Below are positions 27,000-41,900 of a DNA stretch of 64,000 nucleotides, piece after piece. Under the pieces are notes generated by a model. The model was not told the DNA's origin and made no database searches. It saw nothing but the letters and a program-made list of their open reading frames with translations. Numbering within the stretch: the first letter of the stretch is position 1; the number at the start of each line of letters is the position of its first letter. The DNA is from Anthoceros angustus (lineage: Eukaryota; Plantae; Anthocerotophyta): contig MU008213.1 of the NCBI GenBank assembly GCA_010909165.1, positions 126,402 through 190,401 on the forward strand. Reading direction: 5' to 3'. A program made the translations under genes and the position numbers.

Positions 27000-28726
27000 G
27001 CACATTGCACATAAACCAACATGGCCATCATGAGTTACCCAACGTTAATGGGTGTACCAATCACCAGCGACCATTTGCCTTACCTTCCCCTCCAGTCCCT
27101 CCTCGTATCTCCTCGCTTGGACATTTCCTCGTCCGTCCTTCTTCCGGCTGCGCAGCCGTGCCCTTGTCACTGCCCCACCGCCGGTGCCGCCTACTCCTCC
27201 TCCTCTTTTCCTCTTCGCCACCCCTTTATCGCGTTGCCTCAACCGGGCTCCACTATGTAGGTCCATGCTCTCGATCCGAGGCTGCAAGATATGTGTCCGG
27301 CAAATTAGGCACATCCCTCTTGACCGCCTCTTTTATCCGCGTCCCCACGCCCCGTCCCTTGCCCCATCTGCACCGGCCTTTGCCATATCAAAGGCGCCCG
27401 CATGATGCCCTCTTGACCTCCTTCATTCTCTCTCCCCGACATCGCCTCATGCTAGTACGCCTTTGCCCCGCCGAGCATGGATCGCTGGGTGATCCACTCT
27501 GCCCCGCCACCCGCCTCCTACTCCCCCTGGGCTGTCCAGTGCACACAAGTGTGTTTCCTCCTGGTGACGGAGTTGCCCCTCGTGGTCCACCACCCGACTC
27601 GCCCACACTCATTGTTCCCGCCATTCACGGCGCCAATCCATCGATCCCAACGGCCTCCACCCTCCGCAAACATGGCCACCTTCCGGCTCTGCACTCCTCC
27701 ACCTCTTCTCCATTTGCTGCCCACGTGACATGCCCCCTCCGCCCGCCTCCATCACCATTCCTGTGCATGCGGCTTCCACCAAACACAGGCGATCGTGGTG
27801 TCGCGGCACCACAATTTCGCCCATCCGCCACTGCTTTCCTCCCGCCTCCCCTCGCTCCCCTCATGGCCCTGCCTCCACTTCACGCCACTTGTTTCATGCC
27901 GCCTTTCCCCCCTTCCAATTGTGCCCCGCCTCCTCCTCCTCCTCCCCAAGCCCCTTCCGCCATCGCATTCCTTCCTAGCCTCCACGTCCACGCCACCACG
28001 TGCACCAGCTTGCCTCCCACCCCTTCCTTCCGTCGCCTCGGAAGGCCACCATATCGATCCATCTCCAATTCAATGTCATTAAGCAAAATGGTCATTTCCT
28101 TGTTCTCCTTGCAATGGCTGAATCTACGGTGTCTTGTCATACACTCGCCTTACCCGAGGAACTCCGCAGAACCCCCACTATCGCGGACCGCCCAGAGGTG
28201 CATGGAAATCGTCCTCTTCAACCTCCCATACCGCCTCTTCTTCCGTTGGAAACCGCCGATTCTCAAACCTCACCACCCACCAAGACGCCCTCCCTTTCCC
28301 CATGGGTTTGGACCCATCCCCGTTTTGGCTAGCCTCTCTTGCTGCGATTTCGACTTGATGGCTCAAACTTCCGTTCCTCTTCAACTCCATCCGAGCCCAT
28401 GCAAGTGCATCTTCCCACTCTTCGTCATCCACCATGCTCGGTTTCTTCCCATGTCCTCCCCTCTACCATTTCCTCTAGCGCCGCGCAGCCTTCCACACAT
28501 CGAGAATTGCGTGTCCGCCATCTGCGAAGTGTCGGCTTATCCGGACTTGACCACTGTGCGGGAATGCTTGACACGGATTTCACTAACCGTGCTTTCTCTT
28601 CTAACGTCCGCCATCTTGCTGTACGAGTTCATTCACAACCTTCGTCCTCACTACATTGCCCTTTGCTTCACCCCCGAACAACATGAGTCCCTCCCCGCTT
28701 CATGTGGTTTTGCATGGCCTCCTTGA
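27000..28726 (-). pseudogene. TnpA/PTTA-like accessory ORF of the inner element
   Basis: AAREASQNGDGSKPMGKGRASWWVVRFENRRFPTEEE resembles the ORFs at 37909 and 44583; acidic/Gly-rich tail; boundaries approximate. Confidence 0.5.
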
Positions 28727-29899
28727 CCATTTCACCCCATGCTTGTTTATCAAGGCTTTGCATCGTTGTCCACCGCACTCACCGCGCCGCAAGATCCAGA
28801 CCCACGGCCATCACCGCGGTTAGAACACCACCCCTTGCAAATTGATTGCGCCATTCGAGATCAAGTGCTCAGGCGTCGGTCGTCGTCTGCCGCCGGCTTG
28901 TCCCTTCCACGATTCCACTTTCCTTCTTGCAATCGCTGCCACCGCCCTCGAAAGGTTGCCTCCCTTGTCCCCATGCTTAAACACCGCCAAGCATGGTGCT
29001 GTGTTACCCGTTTGTCCACCATGCCCACTCACCCACGCAAACTTGAGCGTGTGCACACTTTGGCGTCACTTGCCAAAGTGTGCACTTGGTGTCACACTTT
29101 GCCGATCAGTTAAATCGACTCGCGACAACCAACCTCATCCGACGTAAATAGCTCCTCCTCTATGTCGTTCAATTGCACGCAATGCTCCAACTCGCATCCG
29201 TGGGGCCGAGGTTCCGATCTCGACGTCAAAATCAACTCCTGCTCAGCCATCTCGCCTCGCCTCTTACCTTACGACTGTCTTGATGAGGAGGCCGCTTCGT
29301 CATGCCGAATGAAGACCGCCTGGTGCGGGATGAGCGACACGCCGAGGCCGGTTGCCCCCATCCTCCCCACCCGGCACGGTCCGACGTCGGCGACGCCGCC
29401 CGACCGTGGTGTTCGGCCCAGACGCTGACTGCCCCGAAGCCTCACCGCCATACTCCACCTTAGAGTCCACCGCCTTGTCCATCTGAAGGCAATGGCTTCC
29501 TCTCGGCGCCTGAGAGTCCCTAGTCCGCATTCAAGAGCCCATTTTGAAAAAGCTTTGCAAAGGCCGCGGTGGTCATTTATCGCTATCGGCGGGACCGCCT
29601 GTGCACTTGCTACTTGCCCATAATCACAACATTTTCTCGACCACAACCTCGGATGTGGAGCAATTTTCATGTCCCATTGGTTACGCTTGCGTTACTCGTG
29701 ATGTATGATATTGCCCAAATGGCGCAGCGCTCTCAATGCCCCATTACTCCATTTTAAAAGAATCATCGACTTCCTCGACCATTCCCCATCACTTGGGTAT
29801 TGGCACATTCCGCCATTGGATCTGCTTGTTTGTTTGGAAATACTTTAATGCCCACTTGGCATGCCGGTTTTGCCCCCATCCGTTCAGCTCAAACGACAT

Positions 29900-32790
29900 G
29901 CCACAATCTATGTGCCAGCATGGGTTCCTCCTCTCTCCATCCCTCGCCGAGTAGGCGCCGGCCCACCCTGTTCCATCCATCGCCTCCGGATGCATCATGC
30001 GAGTTACTGCGATGGCCACACAAATGGACCATCGATGGAGTGCACCTACACGGAAACCTTTATTCACAAGGTCAAACCCGCACGACTTCAGCGATGGCCT
30101 TGTCCCTCCGGCCGACACTCGTACATCCAACCTTCAGAAGGATTATACTCCTCCGAAGCGCATCCGCAGATTTGCTCTATGTGGCCGTAGAAGACGCTCC
30201 TCTTGCTCCCCGCAGCCCCGGCCCCACCCATGATAAACTTTGCGCACGCACTATCTTTTGTGCTCCGCCGCCGCCTCCACTGCTCGAGGTGGCTGCCTTT
30301 GTTCCACATGTGACTATGTGCGCTTGCAACGCCATCCATTATAGCCCTCACTGGGTCATAGCAGGATGCCCCTCCCAAGCGCTCACCGCCCTTCTTCATG
30401 CACCCACCTCTTGAAACTTCGTGCTCCTCATGTGCACCGTACATCCTCACCTCTTCGTCAGTACATGTCCAAAACGGCTGCATCACCTTCGTGATACAAG
30501 ACATAAGGGCTGGCGCACCAACGGCATCCATTGTGCAGACACCGACACCCAGCCTTTTCTCCCACACGGTCCTCGGGACTCCATGATCCACCGACGTGAC
30601 CATAGTAACGGAGGAATGACATGCCGAAATGCATACTCTCCTCATATACCCACGGCTATATCGACTCTCTGACGACGTCCGCTCGGATCCTAAGTATCTC
30701 TCCACCGGGTACATCCACTGTGTGCACGGCCCAATGCACCACCTCGTCCACTAAATGTATTATGAGGTGGGTTGATATATCAAAGACCTTTGGAGGAATT
30801 GCTTTTCCAGAGCACATCACCCGCAGCCTCTTCTCGTTGTGCTTGAATTTCATGGCGTTGTCCGTGGCAAATCCATCCGACAACGACCCAATTTCACAAC
30901 CGCCTTGTACACCTCCGGGTCTATGCACAAGGACGATGGGAAGATGATTTCCAGCATGATGTGCACCATGGCACTTCAAGCGCCCACTTTGCCCCCTCTA
31001 ATTTCGCTCCTATGTTAGACCCATAGCTGGGGCAGCTTTATGCGTTTAATTCTCTATGACTTGACGGAGGTCGCCTTTCGCCAAAACGTAAGACGCCTCG
31101 GGCAATGGCGCTCCTCCTACCCACAACCACCTTTTCCCTCCATTGGCTTCCATGTCCATCCTTGATGCTAGGTCGCCTCGCTCCCACAAAGTGTGCCATA
31201 TGGCCTCGCATTGTTCTTTTCCACGTGCATGACATCCTTTGGCGCCATCACAAGAAGGTGACGCAATATGGGAGCACCCTAAGAGAAGACATCCGCTTCC
31301 AAAATTTCCTCGCCGGATCTCGGCGGTGGCGCACCTTCTCTGCGTACCATATCCGCCCACATCATCAAGCGTTGGTGGGGGTGGGGACGGAGTTCCGCCC
31401 GTCCATCGTATCACCATGTCTTCCCACCGTCCGCTATCTTCGGGCAACCACCTCCTGCCAACATAAACCGCTTTTTAATTGATGAGAATAGCGGGAATCC
31501 AGTCCACCGAATCCACACACGCCCGGGTCCCTTTCACTTGCAATCCCGGTGCCCAACCACGGTAGTCGGCAATGACGGCACGCACCCTAAAATGCCTCCT
31601 AGGATCGTTCACATTGAAAAGTCTTCCATGTCCACCCCTCTCCACAACTCTTCTACCAGGGCGCCATATAAACATCAAAATTTTTACCATGCCCATCCCG
31701 GTACAATGAGAGGCATGATGACATGGGCGTCCTTTGTGCAAGCCTGTGGAGGCATGTTGTGAACGAATAGCATAACTGCCATATGGACGTGTTGAGACTG
31801 TGACCAAAGGGGTTGAAGTCATAATGCCAACCTCAAGTTGCGAGGTTCATCCCGAACCCTTCAAGCGCATCAAATACTCTCCATGTTGGGGTGTCTCGCC
31901 ATCATGGACATGTCCCCATTCTCGCTTTGCCTCCCGACGCACCAAGTCATCATCATGCTATTTCCGGCATTCTCGAACATGCGTTTCAATCGCCTTTGAG
32001 GAAATGGAGGACCTATGGGGAACAGATCTCGCTCATCAAACCCTTCCTTGTACGCGGCTACACATCGAGGGCAATGGACGCCCGCATCACCCCCGAATAG
32101 AATACAATCTTTTTCACAAGCATGGATTTTCACGTATCTTGGCCCAAACATGTGCAACATCGACTTTGCCTCGTACATGTCCTTGACTTGTTCGAATCGC
32201 AAAATATCCACACTTAAGAGTGCGTCACGCGACGCCATCGATGTCATACATCGTTTGCCAAGACAAGATGTTGCGCTTAGCTTTCTTTCGATTGGACTTC
32301 CTCTTCAATGTGGTATAACGCCGCGGCAACAAGCTCGACTCCATCCGCGCCATCGCAACATCCGTGGCTTCCAAAGAACTCGCCCACGGTGCACTTGTGC
32401 ATATCATCACCTCGAACCCTCATCCATACTTTCGTCGTAACTACTAGTGTGGTGAGGATGGCCACCGCTGTTCTCGGACCCATCCGAGCCTGATCCGAAT
32501 CCGTCTGGAGACGCCAAGACGGCCGCTTGCCGCCCGTCTCGCCGACCGCAAAAGCCACCTTAAAGCTAGAATTGGAGTGCATTTGCTGGCCATTGATGCG
32601 AGAGAACTCACACCGCTGGTGCTCGGAGTGGCGCAGACAGTGAATTCTTGAAATGTGTGCGAATACGAGCTGCGAGCTCATGCTGGGCGGGGACAATACA
32701 TGTACACGCCGTGATTTCGTGGCATCCTCCCTGTGGTCGTGATCCGTAGGCACGGCAACCCGCAAAGGTGGTACATCCGTTATCCGAACG
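29900..32790 (-). pseudogene. CACTA/En-Spm transposase of the inner element
   Basis: YVKIHACEKDCILF...CPRC, IADY, IPPKVFDISTHLIIHLVDEV, MYPVERYL, C-terminal CGFDLVN. Confidence 0.9.
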
Positions 32791-35700
32791 CCCCCGTCCG
32801 GTGTGCAATCATGACTTCATGACCCATAAACATGCAGACACGTAGGACTGGAACGTGCTTGCGAAACCATGGACGGAAGCACAAACGCCACACCATGGAG
32901 ATCCGCCGTCGTGATGACCCACGGGTAAGTAAGTCGACCACGATCGGGGCAAAGCTACGCCGAGGCGATGCGCATCGACGCAGATCTGGGCCGACAAGAA
33001 CCTCGCGCCTACGGACATGAGCAGAATTGCGAACCGAGGAGCCACCACCGCCTTCCAATCCCAACTCGGGCGAGAGCACTAGCACGCCATCGGATGCACG
33101 CAATGTTCGCGATGCGGCACAAGCAGCGGAAGCCGGGCGTTATGTCAAGCGTAGCCGACTCTTCCGACGGAGATTGGGCGAGTGTAGGGGTGACACGCAA
33201 TGGAAAGGGAGGATGTGCGCTACCGGCTTTGGTCGGCACCAACGGGTGAGATGGTTGACACGCGACGTCATTGCATTTGGGGATGCGTGTTTTGATTTAA
33301 AGTTGATTACACACAATCCGAAAGTTCGACAACGGCCTTGATCGTCCTAAGCTTGCAAGCAAATGCAACAAAACGTTCGAGGAGGCGCCTTCCCCTTGGT
33401 GTAAACAACCTCCTTCATGTCCACTTGCTCCGGCAAGGAATAGTGTTGAGCTCATTGTCTCAAAGTCTCGCTAGCTCCCATGTTGCGTCGCCATTCTGTG
33501 AAAGGGCACCGAACCCGGTTCGCAGAGTGCGTTCCATGCCGTCTCGTCCAACGATCCCAATTCCATTCTTGTGAAGTGTGTAGCTTGAGCCGCAGCGCTT
33601 GACGTGAAGCCCCACATCGGCTTTGTTCTATCCAAACAGCGACTCAAGCAACCTCCTCCTTGGATCGTGGCCTCTGCAGAAATTGTAGCTCCGAATGCGG
33701 TTCGCCTCTTCTTCCCATGGAGGAAATGTGGCTTGAGGCTGGCACTCCGAGCGCCCGGATGCGCCGCCGCCAGCGATTGCTCCTCCACTTTCGCCGCATC
33801 ACCCGGGCGGATCGGTCCCTCACGGGAGGGTGGCGTGTACATCCGCTTACCCTTCTCTCTCAATCTCCCTCTCCTTCAACTTCCGAGGCTTGCCGCAATC
33901 CTTGCCAATTCTCTCCATCGAGGTATGCAATGGACCGGAATCTAGAGAATGCCTTGTGCATCTAGGAGGGCAAAGAGCTATAGCACCAATCACCATACTT
34001 TGTTTATTACGCGTGACTCGGAAGGACGTGCAACGTGACTTGTCATGTCCGGTCAACGCATGAACGGGCACAAACCATACCCATCCATTCCGCCAAGCGC
34101 ATGTGACAGTCATCGAGTTTTATTGGGTGAGACATGAAGAAGTACACGTAGTGATCAAAGAAGAAGGACTTTCCCATCCCTTTAATTACGGTAATCATAT
34201 ACCCACATTGTGAGGTATAAACCGTCCCTAGTCACACGACGACGTGATCCGAGACGGAAGAGCCAAGGCGGCGGCACTCCATACCAGGTCCTTGATGGCC
34301 GACAAGAGGAGAGCAACCTCCGTCCATCATCCTTGATGGCCATCGTCGATGTGAACCGCCTCGTCTGATGGGCATCGTCGGTTTCACACAGCAACAACGA
34401 TGTGCAAACACTTCGCAATGATCCACAAATGCGGGGTGAGGGAGGAATGTTGCGGTTCACAAATGCGGATTCCACAACACTTCACACCGCAGCATGAACT
34501 TGCGTTGGAGAAAAGGGCCAAACAAAAGTGTTCACATGCGCCTCCCCACCGAGCACCCAATCCATACCGTGCGGTCACCGAACACCATGCCCGCACTGTA
34601 GAAGGGACCACCGCTAGAGAAGGAACCACTCGCCACCGAACGGCAAGACGTGAGGGATAGCAAGAGGAGACAGCCCACGCCGTGAAGGGGGACACCGCGC
34701 CCAACATTCCCATATGATCCTTGATGGCCATCGATTTTTGGCAGTCAAGATGGAGACATGCACACACGCCTCGTCCGCGAGCTACTGGATACCCACGTGG
34801 TTTTCGACTAAGCTCGTTGCGATACTTGCACATGTCCGTCATAGACGGCACAAGGTAGAGCGACGCAGGGAGGCGTGTTTCCGCTGGAAGACAAGCTCGC
34901 CCTCGGATGCGAAGATGACCAAAACAAAGGTAGTAGCGTGAAGCGAGGGCAAGGTGGTGACATTTAAAGCGGAACACGACCTTAGGCAGCCTCTTGTCCT
35001 CCGTGCCACATCGGGTTGCGGATGAGAGGATCTTGAATTTCAGCCGCCTTACATGTGAGAAAGGAGACATGGCAGTCGGCATGGCACCCGCCATCAATGC
35101 TGACGGCGGTAAATTCATGGAGGGCGGTGGCGCGGGGCAAAGAAGCGGAACACGAAGGTAGATGTCATGTCTCCCAAGGTCCGGATATCCTTTGCGCGGC
35201 GAGTGACGCCGAGCCGTCTGGCGCCAAGGTGTGTGAATACATGACACGCTCATGTGACGCGCTTTGATTGGTGGATGCACAACGGAGTCTCGATGCACAT
35301 CATTATATGGGAGAACGCGAAATATATATGGCAAATTCACATACACGGTCCTTCATTCATGGCATAATGAATGGGGGCATTTAGTTTGCTTGAATGGCTC
35401 TCACGTGCCACACCCACCGTCCTTGCACAATGGTGTAGAAGAAGCAGATATCGAACAGAGAACGGGCCGTGCACACGACCTTCGACATGGCATGTTTTCT
35501 ACCATGCCCGCTTTTCAAATATTAAAATGGCTTCACCACACCTTTCTTGGACAACGGTGGAGAAGACAAGTTTATGCGAGAGATAGGGAGCCATTGTCTT
35601 TGGTTCATGGTATAAGGCCATGACATTGTCATGGCCTTCAACATAGGGGACCATACATGGCATGCATGGAGGAATGGCAAGGCTGGTGTGGCATAGCACG

Positions 35701-36029
35701 CCACGAAGTCTCCTCCTCTCTCCTCTTTCCTCCTCCCCACCACCGCGCCGCCCACGCACCACCACTCCCCACACACCATGGCCACCGCCATACCGTCACC
35801 ACGGCTCCTCGGAATGTGGTCGCGACATCGCCGCATCGCGGGGTCGGATCGGCAATGTGGTGGTAGAACGGGCAAAGCATAAAAATAGCAAATTAACACA
35901 TGCATGGTCCGTGGAGCATGGCAGTGTTCTAAGTGGTCTTGCCCTTGAAATGGCATACATCCGTGGGCATTACCTGAGACGAAATGGCATTGTGAACACT
36001 TGTCCACAAAGGGCAAATCGGCCTTGGCT

Positions 36030-36360
36030 CTCCAAATGGTCATCCGTAATGGCCAAAATTGACATGAGGCAAAGACATGGTCATGACGAATGAGGAACAT
36101 TTGTCCTGGGTCAGTGATCATGCATGATGGGAATGTATTGTCCTTGGACCACGAACCGAATGAACAATGGCAAATTAGTGTCCGTCGATCGAAAATGATC
36201 TTCCATAATGGAAACATTTGTCCTTGGCTTAAATGGTCATCCAATGGCCAAAATTGACTGAGGCCAAGGCATGGTCATGACAAATGAGGAACATTTGTCC
36301 TTGGGTCACGAAATGACCATACATAACGGAATGTTTTGTCCTTGGACCACGAAATGCGCA
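36030..36360. repeat. ~197-bp tandem repeat rich in TGTCCTTGG motifs
   Basis: AAATGGTCATCC..ATGGCCAAAATTGAC block at ~36034 and ~36231. Confidence 0.7.
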
Positions 36361-36759
36361 TGAGCAAAGGGAAATTATTTTCCTTCGATGCGATATGGTA
36401 ATCCATAATGGGCTAAATTTGTCCTTGGATTTAAAATCGATAAACACGGGATGCCTATATATGCCAAACATGCATGGATGCCATATGTGCAGAATGGTGT
36501 GGTGGACAATCGCCGTTGCTGGTGTTTTAGGCATGTGAATGCCACATGCACATATAGGTGGTGGGCGCAAACTCCGAGTTTGTGCCCGAAATCGGCATGC
36601 ATGGCACATGAGCCACCGGCATGCCCTAGGACTTACGCCTCTTCTCCTTGCCCCTCTTCCCCATCACCACAGTGGTTACCTCACCGCCCCTCGGCCATCG
36701 CCACGGAGTTCCTGCTCACTTTGTCGCATTATCGTGCATGTGTGACTCGGTTGGCCTCG

Positions 36760-38280
36760 ACCATGGTTTGGGACGTTGACTTTGAGGATTTGGAAGCCGC
36801 TCGCTTAAGCTCGAACAACAATCCGCCGCGGATGTCGGCCCATAACGCCGCTGCCGGAAGGAGGACAGCCCATCGACGCGTTTTGCCTGCCGAGAGGGAG
36901 AGTGCCGAAGGGAAAATGGTCCACAAGGGACTTGGCAGAGCGAGACGGGCGCCCAACTACCGGATGGAAGCACGGCCGGATGGTGGAAGCGCGCAAGTGA
37001 GGTGGGCGCGGTCGTGGAGAAAGCCGATTCCACCAAGTGGAGAGGTGGATGCCCATGGCGTGGAGCGGGAAGCGAGAGGTGGAGGTGCCGAGGGAGAACC
37101 TTCACAGGAGTGGAGTCGTCAAGAGGCGCGATGCTGGGCGAAGCCGGAAGTGGAGTGGGTGTCTCCAACAGTGGGGAGCTAACGCTACTGCTTCTGCAGG
37201 AGAGATTCCAAAGTCAGGAGGGATCCAGGCAGCGACATCCGGAGGGAACGAGGACATTGGCCTTAGTCTGGAGCTTGAGGGTCAGTGTCCAACTTGAGGA
37301 GCATGGTGGTGGTGCACAAGAGGGTGACCGTGTGCTGAGAGATGGCATACGTTTTGTGGACCTTCCGCTGGTGGCGACGGACAACCCCAACAACGCGCGG
37401 TGAGGGAGCCTTTGAGGGGAGGAGACTCGCAGTGGGAGTGGAGACCGGTCTGCTGTGGACGCGCGGAGGAGGGCCAAGGAGCGCATGCCTATGATGGTGA
37501 GGAGGGCGGTGAGGAGGAGGACACCCGGGAGGATGGGGAGAGCGGGAGCGAGGAGGAAGATGTGGAGATGGCGGATGCCGAGGTCGAGGAAGACATGCCG
37601 ACTACATTGCCAGACATGAAATTGGAGAATTGACGAGCACTGGCCGGTAAGCCATTAGACGATGTCATAGCTGCGTGCGCTACATGGGCGTGGCGGTACA
37701 TGGAGCCTATGCGATGGAGGGTGGATAGAGAATGAGGAGGATGAAGAGTCGTCCGATGAGGAAGGACGAGTGAGGAAGGCCTTCCACCAGCGGTGTGTTG
37801 GAGCTAGTGTGTGCAAAATGGAGCCGATGCCATGCCATCGAGCCACGAAAGTTTGAAAGACCGTGAGGAAGGTAGAGTATGAGTTTGCAAGTATAGAGCG
37901 CGAGGATATTGTGGCGGTTTGCGGTGCATCGGACAAGGAACCACAATGTGGGCAAGAAGGTGCGGCAAGCGCAATTGGAGGGAGAAGGGAAGGATGCAAA
38001 ATGGTTGCATCCGCCTAATGTGAGCACGAAGGCATGGAGAAAGGCGTGCGAAGCCGTGGTGACGTTGCACAAGCATGGGGTGTGTGGCCAACACCAAAAG
38101 AAGCCGCAACGCCGGCAAGAATTGCGAAGCACGAGCATGGGACGAATCCCTTTGGTCCAAGAGGGAGCAAAGGAGTTCGAGAAACGGTATGTCCAACGGG
38201 AGGGAGCGCAACTGGATGAGTTGAAGTGGGCAGCAAGGCATGGATTGGACAAGATGCCGAGTCTTGGAGTGGTAAAATAG
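36760..38280 (+). pseudogene. Second TnpA/PTTA-like ORF of the inner element (acidic N-terminal region)
   Basis: Acidic tracts at 37490-37780; AATPARIAKHEHGTNPFGPRG / AKEFEKRYVQREG. Confidence 0.5.
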
Positions 38281-38939
38281 TGATTAATGGAATGCTTGGT
38301 TGTGATATGTAGGTTTCGCTATGTAGGACGTGAGTCAAGTGATGCGTGCATGACCGCAGGGAAGAAGGGAAGGGAAAACTGGAAGGTGAAGGGTCGTGAA
38401 GGAAGGCATGTAACCCGGTGGAGAGAAGGAAGATGGAGGGAAGGTGCCAACAGGGAGCGTCACCACAAGTGATGCCGGAGGCAACGTGGATGGTGGGGAT
38501 CCCGGAGGTGTGATGGCGTGCCGACAGGCGTATCACACGATCCGTGTCAAAAGCGTGAGTAGGGTGGCAACCCGGACATCGAGAGATTGAATGCTATTCG
38601 CTTGTCTGTAATTGTGGAAGTGGTGATTTGGCAGCCTATGGGGGAGTGAAGGGCTAGCCATTGAGGCTAGTGGGTCGAATGCCGCAGTAAGGTGGACCAC
38701 ACCAGACGAAACGAGGAGGTCTTTAAGAGGGTCAAGCAAAAGACAACGGGTGTTGAAGCCGCAAGAGGAGTCCGAGTGACGGTGGCGAAGGGGTGTAGGC
38801 GCAAGTGACATAGGAATGGTTGGTACGCCTATGGGTGGGGGGGCCGTTTGTGGAGGGGGAATGTAAATGGTCGAGATGTTTTCCTGGACGATGGAGTCGC
38901 CAGGCATGGGTGGACCGGTGATGGTCAATTAGCAACAAA

Positions 38940-41900
38940 CAAGAGGGAATTGGTCTCCCACCTTTGTAGCCCGCATTGACATGGTCTGTAATTGTGAAAG
39001 TGGTTATAGAGGTCGGATAGGTGTAGGAAGATGTGGAGGAACCCGAAACCATTGGTGTTGGTCTCAAGAGTCACCAAGTGACGCCGCCCGCCCGTGAGGC
39101 ACATGTTGGTGGTGCCGACGCATGCCCATATCACGTGGAGTTCGTGCATCGGAAACAAAGTCAAGGGATAGAGGATTGAAGTGTCCAAAAATTTGATTTA
39201 AATTGTCAATAAAATCAAACACTTAGATATGTAAGGTATGAGAGTGACGTAAGGGTTAGCACATATATATTATTATATAAACAAGTCTTGATGCCTATAT
39301 ACGACGTACATACGTATACAAAGAGGCAAATACACTAATATAATAGAAGTATAAGATGGATGTGTACATATAAACGCACATACTTATGTCTTGAAGCCTA
39401 CAAACATATATATGTATATTGAGTATATGCAAAGGAGGTAAAAGGAAGGACAGAGAGAGAGGTCATTGTAACAAGCAAGTTGAAAGAGGAATAGTGGAAG
39501 AGTATAAAATGGTGTGATAGGGGAGGTCCTTCTCACTGAAGGAGGAGGAGAAGTGAAAGAGTATAAAAGGGTGTGATAAGGGGGCAATAAATAGGAGGGT
39601 GAGGTGAGAGGAGAGAGACCAAGTATTGTGTTAAGATGGGGTGAGAAGTGGATAAGAAAAGGACACCTTGAACACCAAGCCACCATAAAGTGTTGCAATA
39701 TTGAAGTGGTACATGAAGTGAGAGACCAAGCATTGTGTTAGGATGGTGGGAGAAGGAAGAGAAAGAATGGACCAACTTAACACCAAGCCATCAAACCATG
39801 CCGAAGTTGGAAGTGGAAATTATTAACAATGCTTGTGAGAGAGGGGTACCTGTAAGGGAGGGGGAAGAGATAGTGTCGTTCGTGTTAAGATGCACCAAAC
39901 GGGACAGAACTAACAAACTTAATACCAACCCTCCAAAACATGTTGCAATGTGGAAGTGTAACAAAAATTGCAACATCCATCGTAACATACAGGGTGCCCT
40001 TTTCTAGTAGGGATCACCGGATATGCCAACGCTCTGGACCCGGCATGAGGTTGGGAGAATGCAACAAGAGTGCATCGGTCATGTGTCGCTTGAAAGAGAA
40101 TTTCCACCCAACTTGTTTGATATTCTCACACATCTCATTATTCACTTGGACGGATGTATGCATTGGACCCGTATGTGCTGGATGTATCCTGGGAGAGGTA
40201 TTTGGGGAGCAGGAAGGACACTATTAGACAGAAAACCGTGAGGGCGTATGGCGGAGGGATATGTGAGGGAGGAATCTTGTCGTATGCTAAGTCACCTTCG
40301 TGAACACTATCCTCAATCGTCCCATATTTGGAGCGATAAGTTCATGAAGAAGAAAGAAAAGGCATTAGGCATGGGACGCCCATACAAGTTTACGACGGAG
40401 TTGCACCAGTCCACACTTTCATCTTGGTCCACATCCAAATCTTAGACCCATTCTTGCAGAAGACGAGGAGGAAGTGAACAAGGAGTAACGATTTGAGCCA
40501 TCTTTGTGCATGGATCCATGTTGGCGTAAATTCAGTGGGAAAGATCTGCACCCACCAGATGTGGTCGCGCTATGGACGGGCTAACGCTTTGGGCCACGAC
40601 ATGTGCACATGGCTGTAAGGAAGCCACCTTCTGGACAAATGCCGAGTAAGAGTCGAAGTGACACATGTGATGTGGTACACCTGCACGTCATGGGGGACGT
40701 AAGGGAGCGACTTACTATGGCCATGCAAGAGGGAATTGGTCCGCCCACCTTTGTAGCCTGGCATTGACATAGCCTGTAATTGTGAAGTGGTTATAGAGGT
40801 CATTTGGATAGGTGTAGGAAGATGTGGAGGAACCCGAAACCATTGGTGTTGGTCTCAAGAGTCACCAAGTGGCGTGCGTCGCTTGTGAGGCACATGTTGG
40901 TGGTGCACGGACGCATATGCCCATATCACGTGGAGTTCGTATTGCATCGGTGGAAACAAAGTGCAAGGGATAGAGGACGATTGAAGTGTCCAAAAATTTG
41001 ATTTAAATTGTCAATAAAATCAAACACTTAGATATAAGGTATGAGAGTGACGTAAGGGTTAGCACATATATATTATTATATAAACAAGTCTTGATGCCTA
41101 TATACGTATACACGTATACAAAGAGGCATGTAAATACACTAATATAATAGAAGTATAACAGATGGATGTGTACATATAAACGTACACATACTTATGTCTT
41201 GAAGCCTACAAACATATATATGTATATTGAGTATATGCAAAGGAGGTAAAAGGAAGGAACAACAGCGGAGAGAGGTCATTGTAACAAGCAAGTTGAAAGA
41301 GGAATAGTGGAAGAGTATAAAATGGGCTGATAGGGGAGGTCCTTCTCACATCATGAAGGAGGAGGAGAAGTGAAAGAGTATAAAAGGGTGTGATAAGGGG
41401 GCAATAAATAGGAGGGTGAGGGAGAGAGAGAGACCAAGTATTGTGTTAAGATGGGGTGAGAAGTGGATAAGAAAAGGACACCTTGAACACCAAGCCACCA
41501 TAAAGTGTTGCAATATTGAAGTGGTACATGAAGTGAGAGACCAAGCATTGTGTTAGGATGGTGGGAGAAGGAAGAGAAAGAATGGACCAACTTAACACCA
41601 AGCCATCAAACCATCGGAAGTTGGAAGTGGAAATTATTAACAATGCTTGTGAGAGGGTGTACCCCGGAAGAGATAGTCGGAGTTCGTGTTAAGATGGCGC
41701 ACCAAACGGACAGAACTAACAAACTTAATACCAACCCTCCAAAACATGTTGCAATGTGGAAGTGTAACAAAAATTGCAACATCCAACATACATAGGGTGC
41801 CCTTTTCTAGTAGGGATCATTGGATATGCCAACGCAATCGGACTCTCCGGGGCATGAGGTTGGGAGAGAATGCAACAAGAGTGCATCGGTCATGTGTCGC

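Larger units (their letters stand above)
26114..40012 (-). mobile_element. Inner CACTA-family element, ~13.9 kb, CCCTA termini, ATC TSD (right end repeated at 41815)
   Basis: Left CCCT(A)CTAGAAAAGGGCACC, right GGGTGCCCTTTTCTAGTAGGG; ATC on both sides; removing it restores host codons AAA CTA TAT CAT TGG. Confidence 0.92.

Noticed and set aside
26954-28726. 590-aa plus-strand ORF, the longest in the track
   Set aside because: Pro/Ser/Leu-rich shadow of a purine-rich minus-strand TnpA-like gene; the C-rich strand is naturally poor in stop codons
34384-36244. 320-aa and 240-aa minus-strand ORFs
   Set aside because: No recognisable motifs; composition typical of chance ORFs in GC-rich or repetitive element interiors
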